This document shows positions 1 to 12,300 of a stretch of 64,000 bases of DNA, one piece after another. Source of the stretch: Narcine bancroftii (Eukaryota). The stretch lies in NCBI RefSeq assembly GCF_036971445.1, contig NC_091476.1, positions 81,840,001-81,904,000 on the forward strand, in the 5' to 3' direction. Numbering within the stretch: position 1 is the first letter of the stretch; each line of letters opens with the position of its first letter. Position numbers and translations under genes: made by a program. Below the pieces are notes generated by a model. The model was not told where the DNA came from and searched no databases. It saw nothing but the letters and a program-made list of their open reading frames with translations.

Positions 1-3000
1 CCTGTATATAAAGATCCCAGGATCAGACCCCAACCTGTGTCCCACATCCGGGGACCTTTTATTCTATATATAAACCCCACTGGATCAGACCCCAACAAGT
101 GTCACACTTTCGGGGTCTGATATTCTATATATCAACCACCCCCGGATCAGTCCCCAGCCTGTGCCACACTCCCGGGGACCTGTAGTTCTATATATCAACC
201 ACACGCCCCAGAATCAGATCCCAGCCTCTGCCCCACTCCTGGGTATCTGCTATTCTGTACATCATCCCTCCTCCCGAATCAGAATCCAACCTGTGTCCCA
301 CATTCGGGGACGCTGTTATTCTATATATAAACCCCACACAAGATCAGATCCCAGGCTCTGTCCCACTCCCGGGGAATCAGATATTCTATATATAACCACC
401 CGGGGTCATATTCCAGCCTGTGTCCCACTCCCGGGGTCATTATTTTCTATAAATAAACTCCCCGGATATGATCCCAGCCTGGGTCACACTCCCAGGGAAC
501 TGATATTCTAGATATAAACCCAACCCGGACCAGTTCCCAGCCTCTGTCCCACACCCGGTGAATCAGATATTTTATATGTAAACCTCCCCGGATCAGTCCC
601 CAGTCTATGCCCCACTACTAGGGACCCGTTATTGTCTATAAAAAACCCCACCGGATGATATCCCAGTCTGTGTCCCTCACACAGTGACCGGATATTCTAC
701 CTATAAACCCCACCTGGTTCAGACCCCAGCATCTCTCCCACTTCCTTGGACCTGTTATTCAATATATATAAGCCCCCTGGATCAGATTCCAGCCTGTCAC
801 CTACTCCCCAGGACCACTTATTATATAAATAAAACACAGGATCAGATCACAGCATGCGTTCCACTCCCGGGGAATTGTTATTCTATATATAAACTCCACA
901 CGGGATCAGATCCCAGTCTGTGTCCCAATCCAGCAGCACTAATATTCTAAATATGAACCCCCACCTCGATCAGTCCCCAGCCTGTGTCCCACTCCCTAAG
1001 TAACCTCATATGCTCTATATTACCTCCCCCTCACCCCAGATCAGACCCCAGGCTGTGCCCCACACCCAGGGACCTGTTATGCTGTATATAAGTACACCCA
1101 GGACTGGATATCAGCCTGTTACATTCTTGGGGACTTTTTATTCTATATATAAACCCCACTGTATCAGACCCCATCCTGTGTCCCACTCCCAGGAATCAGA
1201 TATTCTATATATAAACCACAACACGGATCAGATCCTTGCCTCTGTCCCACTCCCAGGGAATCAAATATTCTATCTACAAACCACTGCCCGATCAATCACC
1301 AGCCTGTGTCCCACTTCCAGGGACTTGTTATTCTCCATATAAACCACACCCCCCGGATCAGTCCCCAGTCTGTGCCCCTCTACTAGGGACCTGTTATTCT
1401 CTATATAAACCTCACCGGATCAGATCCAAGGCTGTGTTCCACTCCCGGGGACATTTTATTCGATAAATAAATTTCCAGGATCAGACCCCAGGCTGTGTCC
1501 CACTCACGGGGAATCAGATATTCCATATATAAACCACTTCACCAGCATCAGATCGCAGCCTGTGTCCCACTCCTGGGGACCTGTTAGTCTATATTTAAAC
1601 CCCCCCCCCCCCCCCACCGGATCAGATCCCATCCTGTGACCCATTCCTGGAGAACTGATATTCTATGTATAATCCCCACCCTCTGTCCCACTCCCAGGGA
1701 ATCTGATAAACCCCCATCCCCCCACCCCTGGATCAGTCCCCAACCTGTGCCCTAATCCTGGGGACCTGTTATTCTATACATAAATCCCCCACCACAGATC
1801 AGATTCCAGCTTGTGTCCCACTCCAGGCATCTGATATTCTGTATATAAAGACCACCAGATCAGACCCCAGCCTGTGACCCACTACCGGGAACCTGTTATT
1901 CTCTATATAAAGCCTCTCTGTATCAGATCCCAGCAAGTGTCCATCGACTGGGGACCTTTTAGTCTATATATAAACCCACCCCGATCAGACCCCAGCCTAC
2001 GTCCTACTCTCGAGGAACGTGATATTCTCCATATAAACCCTACTGAATGATATCCCAGCCTGTTTCCCACTCCCAGGTACCTGATATTTTATATATAAAC
2101 ACCCCTGGATCAGACCCCAGCCTGTCCCACTCGCAGGGATCTGTTATTCTATAAATAAACCCACCCCCCTGATCTGACCCCAGCCTGAGTCCCACTCCTG
2201 GGGACCTTTTATTCTATATATATAAACCCCCACCCCCTCCACCAGATCAGATCCCAGCCTGTGACCCATTCCCGGGAACCTGAAATTCTCTCTATAAACA
2301 CTATTGGTTCAGATCCCAGCCTGTGACCTACCCCCAAGGACCTGTTATTCTTTATATAAAACACCGGATCAAATCTCAGCCTGTATTTCACTCCCGGGGT
2401 GTGTTATTTTATATATAAAACCCACCCCGGATCAGATCCCCGCCTGTGTCCCACTCCTGGGGTCTTGTTATTCTATATATAAATCCATCCCCCCGATTAG
2501 ATTATAGCCTGTCACCCACTCCTGGGGAACCTGATATTCTCTATATTAAACCCCCCCACCCCACTCCGGATCAGACACCAGCCTGTGTTACACTCTCGGG
2601 GATCTGGTATTCTATATATAAACCCCAGCCCGGATTAGATCCCAGGCTCCGTTCCACTCCAGGAGAATCAGATATTTTATTTAAAAACCCTACCGTATCA
2701 GTCCCCAGCCTGTACGCCACCACCGGGGACCTGTTATTCTATATAAAAAAGCCCCTCCCCACCCTACCAAATCAGACCCCAAGTTGTGTCCCACTCCCGA
2801 GGACCTGTCATGCTGTATGTAAACAGCCCAGGATCAGACCCCAGCCTGTATCCCATTCCTGGTAACTTTTTATTTTATATATAAACCCCACTGGATCAGA
2901 CCCCATCCTGTGTCACACTCCCGGGGATCTGATTTTCTATATATCAACCACTCGTGGATATCTGCTATTCTGTATATAATTCCTCCCCCCAAATCAGATT

Positions 3001-6000
3001 CCAACCTGTGTCCCACATTCGGGGATGCTGTTATTCTATATATAAACCCCACACCAGATCCCATGCTGTGTGCCAGTTGCGGCACCTGTTTTTCTATATT
3101 TAAAGCCCCCAGGATCAGGTTGCATCCTGTGTCCCACTCTTGTGGACCTGTTATTCTATATATAAACCCCACACCAGATCACTCTGGTGTGATCCGGGGA
3201 ATTAGATATTCTATATATAACCCCCCGGGGTCATATTCCAGCCTGTGTCCCACTCCCAGGGACATGTTATACTGTATATAATCCGCCCAGATCAGATCAC
3301 AGCCTTTGTCCCACACCCAGGGACCTGTTATTCTTTCTATAAACCCTATCCGGGATCAGATCCCAGTCTGTGACACACTCCCAGAGATCTGATATTCTAT
3401 TCATAAACCCCACCCTAGATCAGATCCCAGTATCTGTCCCACTAACGGGGTATCAGATATTCTATATATAAACCACCCCACCAGCATCAGATCCCAGCCT
3501 GTGTCCCACTCCTGGGGACCTGTTATTCTATATATCAACCCCAGGGATCAGATCCCAGGCTGTGTCCCTCTACTGGGAACCTGTTTTTTGATATATAAAG
3601 TCCGCTGATCAGACCCAAGCCTGTGTCACACTCCTAGGGACTAGATATTCTCTAGATTATCCCCAGCCCAGATCATATTCCAGCCTCTGTCCCACAGCCG
3701 GGGGCCCCGTTAGTCTATATATAAACCCCACTGGATCAGACCCCATCCTGTGTCACACTCCCGGGGATCTGATTTTCTATATATCAACCACTCCTGGGTA
3801 TCTGCTATTCTGTATATAATTCCTCCCCCCAAATCAGATTCCAACCTGTGTCCCACATTCGGGGATGCTGTTATTCTATATATAAACCCCACACCAGATC
3901 CCATGCTGTGTGCCAGTTGCGGCACCTGTTTTTCTATATATAAAGCCCCCAGGATCAGGTTGCATCCTGTGTCCCACTCTTGTGGACCTGTTATTCTATA
4001 TATAAACCCCACACCAGATCACTCTGGTGTGATCCGGGGAATTAGATATTCTATATATAACCCCCCGGGGTCATATTCCAGCCTGTGTCCCACTCCCAGG
4101 GACATGTTATACTGTATATAATCCGCCCAGATCAGATCACAGCCTTTGTCCCACACCCAGGGACCTGTTATTCTTTCTATAAACCCTATCCGGGATCAGA
4201 TCCCAGTCTGTGACACACTCCCAGAGATCTGATATTCTATTCATAAACCCCACCCTAGATCAGATCCCAGTATCTGTCCCACTAACGGGGTATCAGATAT
4301 TCTATATATAAACCACCCCACCAGCATCAGATCCCAGCCTGAGTCCCACTCCTGGGGACCTGTTATTCTATATATCAACCCCAGGGATCAGATCCCAGGC
4401 TGTGTCCCTCTACTGGGAACTTGTTTTTTGATATATAAAGTCCGCTGATCAGACCCAAGCCTGTGTCACACTCCTAGGGACTAGATATTCTCTAGATTAT
4501 CCCCAGCCCAGATCATATTCCAGCCTCTGTCCCACAGCCGGGGGCCCCGTTATTCTATATATAAACCCCCCCGGATCAGATCCCATCCTGTGTCCCACTA
4601 CTGGGGATGCTGTTATTCTATATATAAACCCCACACCAGATCCCATGCTGTGTGCCAGTTGCGGCACCTGTTTTTCTATATTTAAAGCCCCCAGGATCAG
4701 GTTGCATCCTGTGTCCCACTCTTGTGGACCTGTTATTCTATATATAAACCCCACACCAGATCACTCTGGTGTGATCCGGGGAATTAGATATTCTATATAT
4801 AACCCCCCGGGGTCATATTCCAGCCTGTGTCCCACTCCCAGGGACATGTTATACTGTATATAATCCGCCCAGATCAGATCACAGCCTTTGTCCCACACCC
4901 AGGGACCTGTTATTCTTTCTATAAACCCTATCCGGGATCAGATCCCAGTCTGTGACACACTCCCAGAGATCTGATATTCTATTCATAAACCCCACCCTAG
5001 ATCAGATCCCAGTATCTGTCCCACTAACGGGGTATCAGATATTCTATATATAAACCACCCCACCAGCATCAGATCCCAGCCTGTGTCCCACTCCTGGGGA
5101 CCTGTTATTCTATATATCAACCCCAGGGATCAGATCCCAGGCTGTGTCCCTCTACTGGGAACCTGTTTTTTGATATATAAAGTCCACCGATCAGACCCAA
5201 GCCTGTGTCACACTCCCAGGGACCTTATATTCTCTAGATTATCCCCAGCCCAGATCATATTCCAGCCTCTGTCCCACACCCGGGGGCCCCGTTAGTCTAT
5301 ATATAAACCCCCCCGGATCAAATCCCATCCTGTGTACTACTGTTGGGGACCTTTTATTCTATTTATAACTCCCTCTAGATCAGATCTCAGCCTGTTTCCC
5401 ACTCCCGGGGACTTTTTATTCTAAATAGAAACCTCCCAGATCAGACCCCAGCCTGTGTCACTCTCACGGGTACCTGATATTCTATATATAAACCCCATCC
5501 TGGATCAAATCGCAGCCTCTGCCCCACTCCCAGGGAATCAGATATTCTATATATAAACCACCCCCCCCCATTCCTGGAGACCTGATATTCTATGTATAAT
5601 CCCCACCCGGATCAGACCCCAGCCTCTGTCCCACTCCTGGGGAACCTGAAATTCTATATATAAACCCCTAGGATAAGACCCCAGCCTGTATCACACTACC
5701 AGGAACCTGTTATTCTATGTATAAAGCCTCCTGGTTCAGATTTCAGCCTGTGTTCCACTCCTGGGGACTTTTTATCTATATATAACACCCCTGGATCAGA
5801 CTCCAGCCTGTGTCCGACTCACAGGGACCTTGCATTCTATTTATAAAACCCACCCTGGATTAGATCCCACCCTCTGTCCCACTCCCAGGGAATCAGATAA
5901 ACCCCCATCCCCCCAACCCTGGATCAGTCCCCAACCTGTGCCCTACTCCTGGGGGCCTTTTATTCTATACAAAAATCCCCCCACCCCGGATCAGATTCCA

Positions 6001-8620
6001 ACTTGTGTCCCACTCCAGGGATCTGATATTCTGTATATAAACACACCCAGATCAGACCCCAGCCTCTGTACCACTCCCAGGGTCCTGATATACTATATAT
6101 AAAGACCGCCAGATCAGACCCCAGCCTGTGATCCACTACCGGGAACCTGTTATTCTCTACATAAAGCCTCTCTGTATTAGATCCCAGCCTGTGTCCATCA
6201 ACTGGGCACCTTTCAGTCTACATATAAACCCACCCCGATCAGACCCCAGCCTACGTCCCACTCTCAAGGAACCTGATATTCTCCATATAAACCCTATTGA
6301 ATGTTATCCCAGCCTGTCTCCCACTCCCAGGTACCTGATATTTTATATATCAACACCCCTGGATCAGTCCCCAGCCTGTCCCACACCCAGGGATCTGCTA
6401 TTCTATAAATAAACCCACCCCCCGGATCAGATCCCAGCCTGTGACCCACTCCCAAGGACCTATCATTCTATATATAAACAACCCTAGCTCGGATCTGACC
6501 CCAGCCTGAGTCCCACTCCTGGTGACTTTTTATTCTATATATAAACCCCCACTCCCTCCGCTAGATCAGATCCCAGCCTGTGACCCATTCCCGGGGACCT
6601 GATATTCTCTATAAACACTACTGGTTCAGATCCAAGCCTGTGACCTACCCCCAAGGACCTGTAATCCTATATATAAAACACCAGATCAAATCTCAGCCTC
6701 TATTTCACTCCCGGGGATGTGTTATTTTATATATAAAACCCACCCCGGATCAGATCCCCGCCTGTGTCCTACTCCTGGGGACCTGTTATTCTGTTTATAA
6801 ATCCCCCCCCAGATTAGATTCTAGCCTGTCACCCATTCCCGGGGAACCTGATATTCTCAATATAAACCCCCCCCCCCACTCCGGATCAGACACCAGCCTG
6901 TGTTGCACTCTCGGGGATCTGGCATTCTATATATAAACCCCAGCCCGGATCAGATCCCAGGCTCCGTTCCACTCCAGGAAAATCAGATATTTCATTTAAA
7001 AACCCCACCGTATCAGTCCACAGCCTGTACCCCACTACCGGGGACCTGTTATTCTATTTAAAAAAGCCCCACCCCACCCCACCAGATCAGACCCCAGGTT
7101 GTGTCCCACTCCCGAGGACCTGTCATGCTGTATATAAACAACCCAGGATCAGATCCCAGCCTGTATCCCACTCCTGGTGACTTTTTATTTTATATATAAA
7201 CCCCACTGGATCAGACCCCTTCCTGTGTCACACTTCCGGGGATCTGATTTTCTATATATCAACCACCCCCGGATCAGTCCCCAGCCTGTGCCGCACTCCC
7301 GGGGACCTGTTGTTCTATATATGAACCACACGCCCCAGCATCATATCCCAGCCTCTGCCCCACTCCTGGGTATCTGCTATTCTGTACATAATCCTTTCCC
7401 CCGAATCAGATTCCAACCTGTGTCCCACATTCGGGGACATGTTATAACCCCACCAGTGGGGTTTCTATATATAAACCCCATGGATCAGATCTCATGCTGT
7501 GTGCCACTTGCGGCAACTATTATTCCATATATCTGTTTTTTGATATATAAAGTCCACCGATCAGACCCAAGCCTGTGTCACACTCCCAGGGACCATATAT
7601 TCTCTAGATTATCGCCAGCCCAGATCATATTCCAGCCTTTGTCCCACACCCGGGGACCCTATTAGTCTATATATAAACCCCCCCAGGATCAGATTGCATC
7701 CTGTGACCCATTCCTGGAGACCTGATATTCTATGTTTCATCCCCACCCGGAGCAGACCCCAGCCTCTGTCCCACTCCTGGGGAACATGAAATTCTATATA
7801 TCAACCCCTAGGATAAGACCCCAGCCTGTATCACACTACCAGGCACCTGTTATTCTATGTATAAAGCCTCCTGGTTCAGATTCCAGCCTGTGTCCCACTC
7901 CCGTGGACCTGTTAGTCTCTTTATAAAGCCCCTTGGATCAGATTCCATCTTGTGACCTGTTATACTATATATAAACACCCCCCGGATCAGATCCCAACCT
8001 GTGTCCCACTACTGGGGACCTTTTATTCTATATATAAACTCCCTCTGGATCAGATCTCAGCCTGTTTCCCACTCCCGGGGACTTTTTATTCTAAATAGAC
8101 ACCTCCCAGATCAGACCCTAGTCTGTGTCACTCTCCCGGGTATCTGATATTCTTTTTATAAACCCCACCCCGGATCAAATCGCAGCCTCTGCCCCACTCC
8201 CAGGGAATCAGATATTCTATATATATAAACCCCCCCCCCTCCCCTCCCCACCCTGGATCAGTCCCCAGCCTGTGCTCCACTCCCGTGGATCTGTTATATA
8301 TTATCCTCACTGGATCAGATCCCAAGCTGTGTACCTCTCACGGGGACCTGCTATTCTCTTTAAAAAAAACCCAGATCAGATCCCAGCCTGTGTTCCACAA
8401 CCAGGGACGCTGTTAGTCTATATATAACCCCCCCCCCCATCAGATCCCAGCCTTTGTCCCACTCCTGGGGACCTGATATTCTATATATAAACCCCACCCC
8501 CCACATCAGACCTCAGACTCTGTCCCACTCCCGGGGAACCAGATATTGTATATATAAACCCCCCACTGCGATCAGATCTCAGCCTGTGCCCCACTCCTGG
8601 GGTCCAGTTATTCTATATAT
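1..8620. repeat. Diverged ~60-bp satellite, consensus approx. GGATCAGATCCCAGCCTGTGTCCCACTCCCGGGGACCTGTTATTCTATATATAAACCCC, with higher-order duplications
   Basis: Unit recurs continuously from position 1 to ~8620. Near-identical 840-bp blocks at ~2880-3719 and ~3720-4560 (ORFs 2910 and 3750 almost identical). Confidence 0.95.
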
Positions 8621-9170
8621 AGAGGTAGACTGACAGATAGATATTTAGATAGATGGACTGACATATTTATAGAGATGGACAGATATATCGACAGACAGAT
8701 AGAGAGATAGATGGACAGATTAATAAACTGATAGAGATATTGGCTGACAGATAGATACGCAGACAGATAGAGAGATAAACTGACAGATAGATATTTATAT
8801 AGATGGACAGATAAATATACAGATAGAGAGATAGACAGATAAATAGATATTTAGATAGATGGACAGACAGACAGGGAGATAGAGAGATAGACTGATAGAT
8901 ATTTAGATAGATACACAGACAGATAGATGGACAGACAGCGAGACAGATGGTGAAATAGACCGATAGATAGATATTTAGATAGACAGACTGATAGAATAAT
9001 AGACATAGATATTTAGATAGATGGACAAATACATAGGCAGGTGGATAGACAGATAGAGACAAAGATAATTATATAGATCCATAGAGACAGATATATTTTG
9101 ATTCACAGACAGATAGAGAGATAGAGAAAGAAATACAGAGAGGCAGATAGAGAGAGGAGACTTTAGATAT
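8621..9170. repeat. Degenerate (GATA/GACA)n tetranucleotide microsatellite
   Basis: Runs of gatagatag/gacagacag interrupted by a recurring gatatttagata motif. Confidence 0.9.
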
Positions 9171-9194
9171 GGTCCATTTCAGTACGAGTTGATT

Positions 9195-9478
9195 CACTCT
9201 CTTCTCTTCCTCTGCTCACTCTCACGTTCACATCTCTCCTCCTCCCCCACCCTCCCCCTCTCTCTCTGTGCCCCGTCTCCCTGCGTCCCCTCTCCATCTC
9301 TCTCCTCCTCCCCTCTCAATCCCCCCTCTCTCTGTGTCCCGTCTCCCTGTGCCCCCTTTCCCTCTCTCTCCACCCCCCCTCTCTCTCTCCCTCCCCTCTC
9401 AATCCCTCTTCTTTCTGTACCTCGTCTCCCCCCTCTCTCCCGCCCCCCCACCTCTCTCTCCCTCCCTCCCTCCCTCCA
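9195..9478. repeat. Polypyrimidine (CT/C-rich) low-complexity tract immediately upstream of CDK2AP2
   Basis: Almost entirely C/T on the + strand. Confidence 0.9.
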
Positions 9479-9543
9479 CCGGTCCGACCCGCCCCGGAAT
9501 CGCGCCGGAGGAAGGGGAGGATCTGCGGACACAACAGAGCAAG
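9478..9543 (+). promoter_or_regulatory. Short CpG-rich proximal promoter/5'UTR of CDK2AP2
   Basis: ccggtccgacccgccccggaatcgcgccggagg has a GC box (CCGCCC) and an ETS-like CCGGAA, and ends at AAGATG. The TSS cannot be determined from sequence. Confidence 0.45.
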
Positions 9544-9574
9544 ATGTCTTTTAAACCGAGCGGAACGCAGCCCG
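9544..9574 (+). CDS. CDK2AP2: CDK2AP2 exon 1 (coding part), [10 protein letters not shown]
   Basis: MSFKP matches the family start MSYKP. Phase-1 donor G|GTAGTA at 9575, with an alternative phase-1 donor A|GTAATG at 9578. Confidence 0.75.
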
Positions 9575-9955
9575 GTAGTAATGTGGGGAGAGGAAGAGGG
9601 ACGCGGGGAGAGAGGGAGGGAGGGAGGGAGGGAGGGAGAGAGAGAGAGAGAGAGAGAGAGACTGGGGGAGAGAAAGAGACGGGGGTGGGAATGGGTGGGG
9701 GGGGAGAGAGAGAGACTGGCGGGGAGAGAGACTGGGGGAGAGAGAGAGAGACGGGAGGAGAGAGAGACGGGGAGAGAAAGAGACTGGGGGAAAAAGAGAG
9801 ACGGGGGGGAGAGAGAGAGACTGGAGGGGGGGGGAGAGATACGGGGGGAGAGAGAGACTGGGGGGAGAGAGAGAGACTGGGGAGAGAGAGTGACTGGGGT
9901 GAGAGAGAAAGAGAGACGGAGAGAGACTGGGGGGAGAGAAAGAGAGACTGGAGGG

Positions 9956-9986
<31 letters not shown>

Positions 9987-10811
9987 GGCAAGAGGGAAAC
10001 TGGGGTGGACAGAAGGGGGTGCGAGAGACAGGGATTATCCATCTGGCTCATAATGACCTGTCTATCCCCCAACAGTGATGAATGTCTCCTCATCGAGTCT
10101 CACCAGCACCACGTTCAGACCCGTGTTCAATGACTTCGGACCCCCCTCCATGGGATACATGCAGGTGAGGAGACCGGGGGAGTGGGGAAAGAGGGTGGGA
10201 AGGGGGGGTGGGAGAGAGGGGGGGGAGAGGGCGAGAGAGAGAGGGCGAGAAAATGGGAGAGGTGGGAGAGGGAGGTAGAGAGGGTGGAATATGTTGTTAT
10301 ACGGATAACTCTCTCCCCCTCTCTCCCTCTGCCCCCCCTCCCTTCTCCATTCCCCCCTGGCAGGCCCTGAAGCCCACCCAGCCATCACAGAGCACCTACT
10401 CCGACCTCCTGGCCGTCATCGAGGAGATGGGGAAGGAAATCCGCCCGACGTACGCTGGCAGCAAGAGTGCAATGGAGCGACTGAAGAGAGGTGGGTGGGG
10501 CCTGGGGGCAAGTGAGCGGGGCCTGGGGCCGGGAGAGCCATTCGTGGAACAGCAAGATCCCAGGGTATGGGGCATCCGGCTTGCACAGATTCATAAATCT
10601 CTCCCTTCTCCACCCCCATTTCTCCCCCCTCTCTTCCCCGCTGTCCCCCTCTCTCCTCCCTCCTCTCTCTCTCCCCCTCATTTCTCCCCCCTCTCTCTCC
10701 CCCTCTCCCTCCCCACCATGGTCTCTCCCCTTCTCTTCCTCAGGTATAATCCACGCTCGTGCTCTGGTCCGGGAATGTTTAGCAGAGACAGAAAGAAACG
10801 CTCGTTCGTAG
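9544..10811 (+). CDS. CDK2AP2: CDK2-associated protein 2 (DOC-1R, CDK2AP family); join(9544..9574,10076..10164,10364..10490,10744..10811), 104 aa
   Basis: Spliced translation: [104 protein letters not shown]. [15 protein letters not shown], [16 protein letters not shown] and HARAL fit CDK2AP2 better than CDK2AP1. All introns are GT-AG with consistent phases (1,0,1). Confidence 0.93.
9590..10030. repeat. GA-rich purine tract with GAGAGAC(T/G)GGGG units filling CDK2AP2 intron 1
   Basis: (GA)n and G-runs seen directly. Confidence 0.9.
10076..10164 (+). CDS. CDK2AP2: CDK2AP2 exon 2
   Basis: Acceptor ccccaacAG at 10074-10075, encodes ...[18 protein letters not shown], donor CAG|GTGAGG. Confidence 0.92.
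10364..10490 (+). CDS. CDK2AP2: CDK2AP2 exon 3
   Basis: Acceptor after a pyrimidine tract (ggCAG), encodes [42 protein letters not shown], donor G|GTGGGT. Confidence 0.95.
10744..10811 (+). CDS. CDK2AP2: CDK2AP2 exon 4 (coding part)
   Basis: Acceptor cttcctCAG, encodes [22 protein letters not shown] then TAG. Confidence 0.95.
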
Positions 10812-10900
10812 CCGGTCAACTCCCTCCCTCCCTCCTCCGAAATCTCCCGGATCCCGGCCAATGCAGGCGGCTGGAACAAGTGAAGATTTCCGCGACCTTT

Positions 10901-10906
10901 AATAAA
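10901..10906 (+). terminator. Polyadenylation signal AATAAA of CDK2AP2
   Basis: Canonical hexamer 90 nt after the stop codon, followed by U/GU-rich sequence. Confidence 0.75.
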
Positions 10907-10924
10907 TTCATCGTTTGACAGACA

Positions 10925-11410
10925 TTTCCCTCTGTTCCCCACCGTTCACCGTGTCGGTCCCTGTACCATGACGTTTCTCTGTCCCCTGCCGTTCACCATG
11001 TCGGTCCCTGTACCCCAAGGTCTCTCTGATTTCTACCATTCACCGTGTTGGTCCTTGTAACCCGAGGTCTCTCTGTTCCCTGCCATTCACCATGTCGGTC
11101 CCTGTATTATGAGATTTCTCTGTTCCCCACCATTCACCGTGTCGGTCCCCATACCCCGAGGTCTCTCTGTCCCCCACCATTCACCTTGTTGGTCCCTGTA
11201 CCCTGATGTCTCTCCATTCCCCGCCATTTACCGTGTCTGTCCCTGTACCCTGAGGTCTCTCTGTTCCCCACTATTCACCGTTTCGGTCCCGGTACCCTGA
11301 GGTCTCTCCGTTACCCACTGTTCACCGTGTCGGTTCCCATACCCCAAAGTCTCTCCGTTCCCCACCCTTCACCGTGTTGGTCCCTGTAACTTGAGGTCTC
11401 TCTGTTCTAT
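10925..11410. repeat. ~47-bp minisatellite (CTCTCTGTTCCCCACCGTTCACCGTGTCGGTCCCTGTACCCCGAGGT), ~10 copies
   Basis: (G/A)TTCACC recurs at 10944, 10991, 11038 and onward with ~47-bp spacing. Confidence 0.9.
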
Positions 11411-11699
11411 GACAGGGTGTTTCTAAGCCCTGTCCCGTCACTCACTCCCAGGGTGGGGACAAAGGGAAGATTTACTGGGTCAGGGAGAATGTCAGTCAGT
11501 GTCAGAGGTTGGTCAGGGTCAGAGGGAGAGGGCCAAAAGTATGTCTGACTCAGGGACAAGGCCGGTCAGGGTCAGACTTTTGTCAGGGGTCTGACTGGGT
11601 GGAGGATCAGAGACCAATCATGTCATGGGTCTGTCAGGATCGGAGGGGTTGTCAGAGTCCAGTCGGGGGTCAGTCATCCAGAAGTTAAGGGTCACATTC

Positions 11700-12300
11700 C
11701 AGACTGACCAATCAAGATCCTGCCTCCGAACGACAAGGTCAATTTTCACCAATCAGAGGTGCCCAGGTCGACCAATCACAGGCGGCCATCAGGACAAAGC
11801 CAATGAGAAGCACGGACAGGACGTCCGTCAAGAGGATCCAGGCCAATCAACGGTATCAGGGGCGGGACGTCCTCCCCAGCAGGAAGTGTCAGTCTGTCCG
11901 CCAATGAGAAGCTGGGGTGGGGTCCGTCAACATCACGCGGGCCAAACAATGGCAACGGGGTGGGAGGTGCACTTCGGCGGGAAAAGTGGCTGATCTCGCG
12001 CCAATGAGAAGCCGTGGTTGGACGTCCGTCAACATTACGCGGGCCAATCAACAGCGAGGGTGGAACGTGTACTCCGGCGTGGAAAGTGGCCGCCTTTTCA
12101 TCAATAAGAAGCTGGGTCAGGACTTCCTTTGATAGCCGCCAGGCCAATCAAAACAAGGTATGGGCGGGACTAAATCTCAGGTGTCTCTCCTGCACGGAAC
12201 GCCAAACTGACGCCAGAGCAGCCCGAAGTCGATAGCCGCCGGGCCAATCCGAGGAGGAGGAGGAGGGGGAGGGACGTTCGCTTCGGCAGTGCGGCCGTCA
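11700..12300 (+). promoter_or_regulatory. CpG-island promoter with multiple CCAAT (NF-Y) boxes, GC boxes, ETS-like and E2F-like sites
   Basis: CCAAT at 11708, 11749, 11772, 11800, 11843, 11901, 12001, 12044, 12144, 12244 (also 11614). GGGCGGG at ~11860 and 12162, CAGGAAGT at 11880, GGCGGGAAAA at 11976. Confidence 0.75.

Noticed and set aside
161-8427. Repeated ORFs with ILYINP/PACVPL motifs
   Set aside because: Satellite translations with no consistent frame or splice structure.
9189-10942. Long Glu/Arg/Gly- or Leu/Ser/Pro-rich ORFs around CDK2AP2
   Set aside because: Read-through of GA/CT low-complexity introns; only the four exon segments are coding.
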